Shown here: positions 55,370-64,000 of the stretch, one piece after another
Numbering within the stretch: position 1 is the stretch's first letter
How the letters are laid out: every line of letters begins with the position of its first letter
Origin: Octopus vulgaris
Taxonomy: Eukaryota
Reading direction: 5' to 3'
NCBI GenBank assembly: GCA_951406725.2
Contig: OX597814.1
Span: forward strand, 152,954,001 to 153,018,000
Length of the DNA stretch: 64,000 bases
Notes under the pieces: generated by a model
Database searches by the model: none
Seen by the model: only the letters and a program-made list of their open reading frames with translations
Told to the model about the DNA's origin: nothing
Position numbers and translations under genes: made by a program

Positions 55370-56172
55370 TTGGTGCTGCATATAACCAAATAAATCTGTT
55401 ATCAGGTAAAATTTGAAATGTTTCCCGCAAAATCGTGTCACCCGACTTGACCTTCACGTTCTCCTCTCCACCTTCCTCAAGTTCTCAGAAAAATGACATC
55501 CGCTCTCAAATAACTTATGTTTTGCATTTGGAAATTTCATCAGAATTCATTAGTCATGTGACACACCCAGAATTTAATGCACGTGTCAAGAGGTTGACAA
55601 TCTTTTATGAAGGCGGACCGAATAGGAAATATTCTTAATGTCTTGCTAGCCAAGACAAGTAAATTTGAAATCGTGATCCTCCTAGGTTATGGATAGTTTG
55701 TTTGTTCGCGCGCGCGCGCGCGTGTGTGCATGCGTGAGTGTGTGTATGTGTGTATGTGTGTCAGTCTGTGTGTCTGTATAATTTCAAATGTTTTTCATCA
55801 TAAGCGTTTAACGCACAATAAAAATTCATTTCCACAGTGCTGGGTGGAAACCGGCACGCCAAAGAATAGACCCAGCATTTCCTCTGCGTGTCATAAAAGG
55901 CGACTAAAAGGGGTCGAGGTAGGATTTGTACTCCACCGTCATAAAACTTTCACCAGCAACGACTACCTAAACAAATCCATGAATTGGATAGTTGTCGCCT
56001 GAGTGGTGCAACGGTGTCATCCGTCCGAAATAGGGAATCACCAACGAATGGTGAATGCTGTTACAGCGCACAGCACATACCTCCATACACCTAACAATAT
56101 CACAGTGAAGGATAACCCAAAGAACAAGCTTTTTCTTAACAGTATGATATTGTTTAATTACATATTAAAAGA

Positions 56173-56244
56173 GGTTCTATGGTGTAATGGTTAGCACTCT
56201 GGACTTTGAATCCAGCGATCCGAGTTCAAATCTCGGTAGAACCT
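56173..56244 (+). tRNA. tRNA-Gln(TTG)
   Basis: GGTTCTATGGTGTAATGGTTAGCACTCTGGACTTTGAATCCAGCGATCCGAGTTCAAATCTCGGTAGAACCT; T-run terminator at ~56255-56262. Confidence 0.97.
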
Positions 56245-56265
56245 AATAAAATAATTTTTTTTAAA

Positions 56266-56427
56266 GGCACAAGAGTGGCTGTGTGGTATGTAGCTTGCTT
56301 ACCAACCACATGGTTCTGGGTTCAGTCCCACTGCATGGCATCTTGGGCAAGTGTCTTCTACTATAACCTCGGGCCGACCAAACCCTTGCGAGTGGATTTG
56401 GTAGACGGAAACCGAAAGAAGCCTGTC

Positions 56428-56493
<66 letters not shown>

Positions 56494-56686
56494 CTGTGTT
56501 TGTCCCCTCAACATCGCTTGACAATCGATGCTGGTGTGTTTACATCCCCGTAAGTTAGCAGTTCGGCAAAAGAGACTGATAGAATAAGTACTAGGCTTTC
56601 AACGAATAAGTCCTGGGGTCGATTTGCTCGACTAAAGGCGGTGCTCCAACATAGCCGCAGTCAAATAACTGAAACAAGTAAAAGAG
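56266..56686 (+). mobile_element. SINE family A, directly after the tRNA terminator
   Basis: Full-length homology. Confidence 0.9.
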
Positions 56687-56929
56687 ATATTTCTTTCGTT
56701 AAGCCACAAAGGATCCAAAGATTCAACACAAAATTATTAGCATGTAACAAATACGGTAGTGAAAATAGCACAATTCAAGTGTGATAATATCTTGAGGGGA
56801 GCAAGAATGTTGTTATTTGTTTTAATTTCAATATATAATGTCATAAAAAAATTTTAAATACACTATTTATATTTGGTTTCACTTTTCAGTTCGGATAACT
56901 TTGTGGTGTCATGTAAATATATATGTATA

Positions 56930-57674
56930 TTCTCTTATTCTCTTACATGTTTCAGTCCAATGACTGTGGCCATGCTGGAGCATCGCCATTGTAATCATAT
57001 TTCCACTTTCCACCTTTGTCGGAGCGGCTTCTGGTGAAAGATGGAGTTCGATGATACTGCCCTCATTTGAGTTTTTTGCTTAGATATTGGCTCATCCGGG
57101 ATCTCGGCGAGCCAGAGGTCAAGTTCACGTTTGAAAACGTCTACATCCACTCCATGGAGGCTCCTCAGATGCTTCGGCAGACAGTTAAACAGTTGTGGGC
57201 CCTTGAAACCCAAGCTATTGCAGTACATCATCCTTGCCCAAGATGAAGCAGTCGGCACAATGGGGACAGCACAGTGACGTCATGTTCGTGGTCTAGTATA
57301 GCTCTTTATTCCAAAGTTTGGTACCAGTCCTTCCAGTATCTTCCATAGATATATTACTGCATACCTCTCCCGCCTTCGTTCCAGGGAATAGAGTCGCAGC
57401 TCTTCCAACCTGTCCTAGTAATTCAATCGTTCCATTGATGCAACTTTCTTTGTGTAATGTCGTTGGACTGCTTCAAGCTCTGCTATCGTCCTTGTAGCTG
57501 AGAGCAGTAGTCCAGGCGGCTGGGGATAAATGACTTCCATAGTGTTATCATAGTTTCTTGGTCCCTTGTGCGGAAGGTTCTCAGAATCCAACCAGCCGGT
57601 CTTCTGGATACTGCTACCATTTTGTTGATATGTGTGTGAAATGAGGCATTGTTGCTCATTTCTATTCCAAGATC
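56930..57674 (-). mobile_element. CR1-group LINE 3' fragment
   Basis: GWILRTFRTRD...SRLDYCSQL, then LEAVQRHYTK...LYSLERRRERYAVIYLWKIL...GPQLFNCLP...IPDEP; 3' tail is shared with SINE A. Confidence 0.88.
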
Positions 57675-58111
57675 ATATATATATATATATATATGAGTGG
57701 CTGGACAAACGATGCAGCGGGTTTGATCTGGACCGCAAGTCATTGTTTAACGATCTCTGCTGTGGATGATAACGTAATTTGCTTAGTATCCTTAGTACCC
57801 AGCGCCAGCCCTACACTTTAATAACTATGCTTCAAACAATAAGCATAAGGGCAGAAATTCGGTTAGGGGAAGGGTTAGTCGATTAACTCGACCTCAATAG
57901 TTCACTAATACTTGATTTTATCGAACCAGGATAGATGAAAGGCTAAGCCAAGGTCAGTCTTTTTTTTCTCCCTTTCGTGCTTCAGGGTTTGATAAAATAA
58001 AGCACCAATGAAGTACTGCAGTCTAATCTCTTCCCCCGCAAATTTTTGGTCTTATGCTTACGTTAGAAGCAAATGATAACTCCACAAAGGAGTGGCTTCA
58101 AGCAAGCAAAC

Positions 58112-58183
58112 AGTTCTATGGTGAAATGGCAAGAAATTTGGACTCTGAATCCAGTGTTCTGGTTTCAAATATCGGTAGGACCT
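58112..58183 (+). pseudogene. Decayed tRNA-Gln pseudogene with CTG anticodon
   Basis: AGTTCTATGGTGAAATGGCAAGAAATTTGGACTCTGAATCCAGTG...TTCAAATATCGGTAGGACCT. Confidence 0.75.
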
Positions 58184-58269
58184 ACGGAGTTAACTTGCTT
58201 TCTCTTTAAGTATCAGTCGTTTATATAATTACTAGTGCATGACGTTGTTCTATGCCTGAAATAGTTAAT

Positions 58270-58451
58270 ACTTTAACATTTAAATTTAATTTGTCAAAAT
58301 ATTTTCGTCGCTTCGAGACCGCGACCTGTTCACTGATAAAGCTTCGTGCTGCATCTTAAATGGCTTATAAACACCTTCCACGCTGCAATTGTTTTCGTTC
58401 CAGCACACGATCTCAGATCAAGTCACTCGCTATGCAAGTACATCTCCGTAA
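58270..58451 (-). mobile_element. Second copy of the 25071-25334 repeat family
   Basis: Shares TCTTAAATGGCTTATAAACACCTTCCACGCTGCAATTGTT and its flanks. Confidence 0.75.
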
Positions 58452-58577
58452 AATTAATACTTTGTTTCATTGAAATATAAGTATAAATGCAAGACAGAAT
58501 TCATAAAAAGGAGGTAAATCAATATTAAAATAAAGAAACGTTTAATTAATCAAAATACTTTGTTAGTCGTTTAAACT

Positions 58578-58991
58578 TGTCACGCCGAGCTGAGCTTAAT
58601 CATTAAGCGGGCCCTGGTTCGGGTCAATATCCCTTAGTTCTAGAGCCGGTGGAATTATCCAGAAGTGATGAGAAGAGATCAGATGGTCTTACCCTTTGGC
58701 CCAGGGTAAGAGGTAAGTATTTCATCTGGGAAGCCACGGTCTGCGACTCTTTGCTCTCTCCCACATCCTGGATACTGCGGTATATGGAAGTGTCACTGCT
58801 TTCATAACCGAACAGAACAAAATTCTTTAGTATTCGAACCTGTCAGTGAACTACTTCTTCCAGTCTGTGGCTTTTGAGTGTTTGTCATTGTTGGCGGCTC
58901 GCCTTACCGAGGGTGCTTGGCTGTTCCAACGCCGCCGTGAAAGTGTTGGCTTGTTTCAATAGGTTCCGTTGAACCTTGTGGTGTGCGACCA
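58578..58991. mobile_element. Possible solo LTR
   Basis: GC-richer island starting TGTCACG and ending ~GTGCGACCA; no clear TSD. Confidence 0.3.
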
Positions 58992-59583
58992 ATTAAGGAA
59001 CTTGGTGTTGAACTGATGTGGGGTTTTTTCCTATTTTCTTTCTTTGTTCTTTTTCCTTTTTTTTTTTTCTTGCGGTTTTGAAACAGATTGAAACTTCGTA
59101 CATTGGTGAAATGTCTCACGCAAAACATGGATTACTTTGAACATTTTTGACAAAATTTAGTATTTTAGAAGTTATTTCATGTTAAAGTTGTCGTATCTGG
59201 GTAATTTCAACCAATCAACGGCGTGTATTCAGTTGAAAAAAGTTATTGCTGTTGGCAATAGTAAGATAATGAGACATTCCACCAGCATACGATGTTTCAA
59301 ACTGTTTATTCTTTTCTTTTCCTTTTATTCTTTTATTTGTTTCAGTCATTTAACTGCGGCCATGTTGGACTAGGAGGAAGAGAGAGGGAGAAAGAGAGAG
59401 AGAGAAAGAGAGAGAGAGAGGGGGAGGGAGAAAGAGAGAGCGGAAAGAGACAGAGAGAGTGGAAAGATTTGTGAACCAAGTGGAAGACGGACAGATTTCA
59501 CGAATCAAAATTTTCTTGGCTTTATAAAACACCGCAGCTCGAAGTTTAATTTCAAGATAAAATGTTGTCGCTTGATAATGTGA

Positions 59584-59655
59584 GGTTCTATGGTGTAATG
59601 GTTAGCACTCTGGACTTTGAATCCAGCGATCCGAGTTCAAATCTCGGTAGAACCT
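59584..59655 (+). tRNA. tRNA-Gln(TTG)
   Basis: Identical 72-nt gene with a downstream T-run. Confidence 0.97.
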
Positions 59656-60654
59656 AGTAAACTAATTTTTCTTTTTTTTTTCACTTATTAATGGTTAGAG
59701 GCTTGTAACGTCAACAGCATTTATTCCTAGACCTTTCTTCTTAGAAGTTCAACCATCAGGAATTCTGAAGTTCCGTCTTTGCACATATTTTTTATTCTTT
59801 TTGATCAGCAATTTTCATTAGTCTGGAGAAACTTGTAAAACTATGGACAATATCCCTTCCTCCAGAGGAAACCAATATAAAACAAGACGTAGTCATAGTT
59901 TTCAATTAAAGTTCCAATCATATCTATGATATTTCACAGAAATACTGGTTTCAAATTTTGACACAAGGCCAGCAATTTCGGTAGAGGGGGTAAGTTAATT
60001 ACAGTGAACCCAGAACTCAACTAGTAGTTATTTTATCGACCCCGAAGGGATGAAAGGCAAAGTTGATCTCGGCGGTATTTGAGCTCAGAACATGAAGACG
60101 GACGAAATGCTGCTAAGCTCGGTGTGCTAACGATTCTGCCGACTCCTAACAAACGAGAAACAAAGTTAATTTTGGAGAGATTTGAGCACAGAACATCAAG
60201 AGCCATCTTAAAGTGGACTTTAGTTTGTGATACAGTTTCAATTACTAGTTCTATTTCATATCACTAATTTTTTTTCGTTTAATCAATCTCACGCGAAAAA
60301 CATTAGCGGAACAATTCTTATGCAATTTATAGCGTGATGTCATTGAGAAATAATCATATATCTAGCAATTGGCTTTACTCACAACTGGGAAGCAGTAAAA
60401 ACCGAGAAATTAATGATGTTGTGTGCTGGCATAAAGTAATAAAGAGTGTTCAAACAAGGGAATTTAATTTATGATGCGAGGAAGAAAGAAGTGTAATATT
60501 TCGGACACATGCTCTCCTTCGGAGGAAGAGATAGATATAGAGGTTTTATGATAATGACAATATTTGACATACTAAGACAGCACAGAAATTATTGATCCGT
60601 AGTTTAGTTGAAAATCAGCGTAGCATGTTCGCGTAAAAAAAAAGTTAGTTTACT

Positions 60655-60726
60655 AGGTTCTACCGAGATTTGAACTCGGATCGCTGGATTCAAAGTCCAG
60701 AGTGCTAACCATTACACCATAGAACC
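60655..60726 (-). tRNA. tRNA-Gln(TTG)
   Basis: Exact reverse complement of the 72-nt gene; the A-run at ~60635-60643 is the T terminator. Confidence 0.97.
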
Positions 60727-61562
60727 TCACATTATCAGGTGGCAACATTTTATCTTAAAATTAAACTTTGAGTCACGGTGTATTATGAAGCAAAGAAAAT
60801 TTTGATTCGTGAAATCTGTCCGTCTTCCACTTAACTTCCGGTTTGGTTCGCAAAACTTCCCACTCTCTCTGTCTCTTTCCGCTCTCTCTTTCTCCCCTCC
60901 TTCTTTCCCTCCCCTCTCTCTCTGCCCCACCCCATGTACGCATGTATTTATGTGCCCACAAGTGCATATGTATATGAATATGACAGTTGTATTGTCTGTC
61001 TGTCTATCTGTATGTATTGTATGTATGCACATATTTATGCATGTATGTATGTACACAAATATACATTTCTCAACAGACATTTTGCTAATTTATTGACATA
61101 ACTAGAGAAACGTGCCCCCGCCGACTTTGCTTTCTCATAACCGTCAGAAAAATCGATATTTTTTAATGAAATTTTCTACATAAACATTTCAGACTGTGTC
61201 AATGGAACGTAAAACTTTTTCAGGGTCGATGAAAGGAGTTTCGAATTATTCACAAACTGCGATTTTATCTTCGCACAACTTTGAGTAAAATGGTTATATT
61301 TTAATGAAATTTTCACACGAATAACTGTCGTTATTATCAAAACATGCAACGCTGATTTTCAACTAACCTACGGATCAATAATTTCTTTGCTGTCTTAGTA
61401 TGTCAAATATTGTCATAATCATAAAACCTCTATATATGTCTATCTTCCTCCGAAGGAGAGCAAGTGTCCGAAAGATTACACTTCTTTCTTCCTTGTATCA
61501 TAAATTAAATTCCCTTGTTTGAACACTCTTTATTACTTTATACCAACACACAACATCATTAA

Positions 61563-61721
61563 TTTAGTCGAGCAAATCGACCTCAGGACTTATTCTTTGT
61601 AAGCCTAGTACTTGTTCTATCGGTCTCTCTTGTCGAACCGCTAAGTAACGGAGACGTAAACACACCAACATCGGTTGTCAAACGATGTTGGGGAGACATA
61701 CACAAACACACACACACACAC

Positions 61722-61778
<57 letters not shown>

Positions 61779-61939
61779 ATGGGCTTCTTTCAGTTTCAGT
61801 CTACCAAATCCACTCACAAGGCTTTGGTCGGCCCGAGGCTATAGTAGAGAACACTTACCAAAGGTGCCACGCAGTGGGACAGAACCCGGAATCAAGTGGT
61901 TGGTAAGCAAACTACTTACCACACAGCCACTCCTGCGCC
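61563..61939 (-). mobile_element. SINE family A in the spacer of the inverted duplication
   Basis: Head and body homology; tail truncated. Confidence 0.88.
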
Positions 61940-62941
61940 TTGTTAAAAAAAAGTAATTAAAAATTCTGTGGGCCTAACTGAACAGATGCGGGAAAATGGA
62001 CTGGGGTTGATTCGTTCGACTAAGATCCTTCAAGGTGCCCCAGCATGGCTGCAGTCTAATGACTGAAACAAGCAAAGGACAAAAGATAAAAGACAACTAA
62101 TTCCTGAGGGGAAGTATGGAATAGACCCTTTTTTAACAACACCATTGTAATCAACATCATCAAATTGTATGAAGAAACAAAGTCCAGATGCACGAAATAA
62201 CCCCACCAGCATTTTTGCAAATTAAATTCAGATATAATCTTAATTTTCATCTACATCATATGAAAGGTATTCGTGTGAAAATTTCATTAAAATATACCCA
62301 TTTTACTCAAAGGTGTGCGAAGATAAAATCGCAGTTTGTGAATAATTCGAAACTCCTTTCATCGACCCTGAAAAAGTTTTACGTTCCATTGACACAGTCT
62401 GAAATGTTTATGTAGAAAATTTCATTAAAAAATATCGATTTTTCTGACGGTTATGAGAAAGCTAAGTCGGCGGGGGCACGTTTCTCTAGTTATGTCAATA
62501 AATTAGCTAAATGTCTGTTGAGAAATGTATATTTGTGTACATACATACATGCATAAATATGTGCATACATACAATACATACATACATACATACATACATA
62601 CATACATACATACATACATACATACATACATACATACATACATACAGATAGACAGACAGACAGACAATACAACTGTCATATTCATATACATATGCACTTG
62701 TGGGCACATACATACATGCGTACATGGGGGGGGGGGGCAGAGAGAGAGGGGAGGGAAAGAAGGAAGGGAGAGAGAGAAAGAGAGAGCGGAAAGAGACAGA
62801 GAGAGTGGGAAGATTTGCGAACCAAACCGGAAGTTAAGTGGAAGACGAACAGGTTTCACGAATCAAAATTTTCTTTGCTTCATAATACACCGTGACTCAA
62901 AGTTTAATTTCAAGATAAAATGTTGCCACCTGATAATGTGA

Positions 62942-63013
62942 GGTTCTATGGTGTAATGGTTAGCACTCTGGACTTTGAATCCAGCGATCCGAGTTCAAAT
63001 CTCGGTAGAACCT
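62942..63013 (+). tRNA. tRNA-Gln(TTG)
   Basis: Identical 72-nt gene; T-run at ~63028-63038. Confidence 0.97.
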
Positions 63014-64000
63014 AGTAATCTAACTTCTTTTTTTTTTTACGCGATCATGCTACGCTGATTTTCAACTAAACTACGGATCAATAATTTCTTTGCCGTCTTA
63101 GTATGTCAAATATTGTCATAATCATAAAACCTCTATCTCTTCCTCCGAAGGAGAGCATGTGTCCGAAATATTACACTTCTTTCTTCCTCGTATCTTAAAT
63201 TAAATTCCCTTGTTTGAACACTCTTTATTACTTTATGCCAACACACAACATCATTAATTTGTCGGTTTTTACTTTTTCCCAGTTGTGAGTAAAGCTAATT
63301 GCTAGATATATGATTATTTGTCAATAACATCAGGCTATGAATTGCATAAGAATTGTTCCGCTAATGTTTTTCGCGTGAGATTGATTAAACGAAAAAGATT
63401 AGTGATATGAAATAGAACTAGTAATTGAAACTGCATCACAAACTAAAGTCCACTTTAAGATGGCTCTTGATGTTCTGTGCTCAAATCTCTCTAAAGTTAA
63501 CTTTGTTTCTCGTTTGTTAGGAGTCGGCAGAATCGTTAGCACACCGAGCTTAGTAGCATTTTGTCCGTCTTCATGTTCTGAGCTCAAATACCGCCGAGAT
63601 CAACTTTAACTTTCATCCCTTCGGGGTCGATAAAATAACTACTAGTTGAGTTCTGGGTTCACTGTAATTAACTTACCCCCTCTACCGAAATTGCTGGCCT
63701 TGTAACAAAATTTGAAACCAGTATTCCTATGAAATATCACAGATATGATTGGAACTTTAATTGAAAACTATGACTACGTCTTGTTTTATATTGGTTTCCT
63801 CTGGAGGAAGGGATATTGTCCATAGTTTTACAAGTTTCTCCAGACTAATGAAAATTGCTGATCAAAAAGAATAACAATATGTGCAAAGATGGAACTTCAG
63901 AATTCCAGATGGTTGAACTTCTAAGAAGAAAGGTCTAGGAATAAATGCTGTTGATGCTACAAGCCTCTAACCATTGAAAGTTTTGATAATTTCAGACAAT

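Larger units (their letters stand above)
38745..55640. repeat. Locally amplified kb-scale unit associated with tRNA-Gln copies, in mixed orientation
   Basis: Block TGCATATTACAAAGTAAATCTGT.ATCTGGTAAAATTTGAAATGTTTC recurs at ~38750, 39860, 41980(-), 44195, 44880, 48150, 49450, 52605 and 55375; downstream flanks also recur. Confidence 0.85.
59690..63975. repeat. Large inverted duplication (arms ~59690-61323 and 62268-63975)
   Basis: Colinear reverse-complement match; each arm includes a SINE B copy, a tRNA gene and microsatellites. Confidence 0.92.

Overview
AT-rich, microsatellite-dense eukaryotic DNA. Its SINE, microsatellite and transposon content resembles an octopod (cephalopod) genome; this is an inference. 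No complete host protein-coding gene is visible, and nearly all listed ORFs are microsatellite or transposon artefacts. The window holds four things. (1) At least seven type I hammerhead-ribozyme motifs from four repeat families linked to Penelope-like elements. They include a 590-nt tandem retrozyme-like unit with two ribozymes, a canonical ribozyme in a GIY-YIG-tailed Penelope 3' end, and a tRNA-headed SINE carrying a ribozyme. Five of the seven lie in a (TA)n-rich pile-up at 24-27.6 kb. (2) A tRNA-Gln array at 38.7-64 kb, with four intact identical tRNA-Gln(TTG) genes, seven decayed copies and one tRNA-Pro(TGG); two of the intact genes sit in the arms of a ~4.3-kb inverted duplication. (3) Many copies of two tRNA-derived SINE families, plus fragments of R4/Dong-, RTE- and CR1-group LINEs, mariner elements, Helitron-like elements, MITEs and a foldback element. 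(4) Two candidate Pol II first exons or promoters (~8.4-8.7 kb on the minus strand, ~33 kb on the plus strand). All calls were made by eye; no searches were run.
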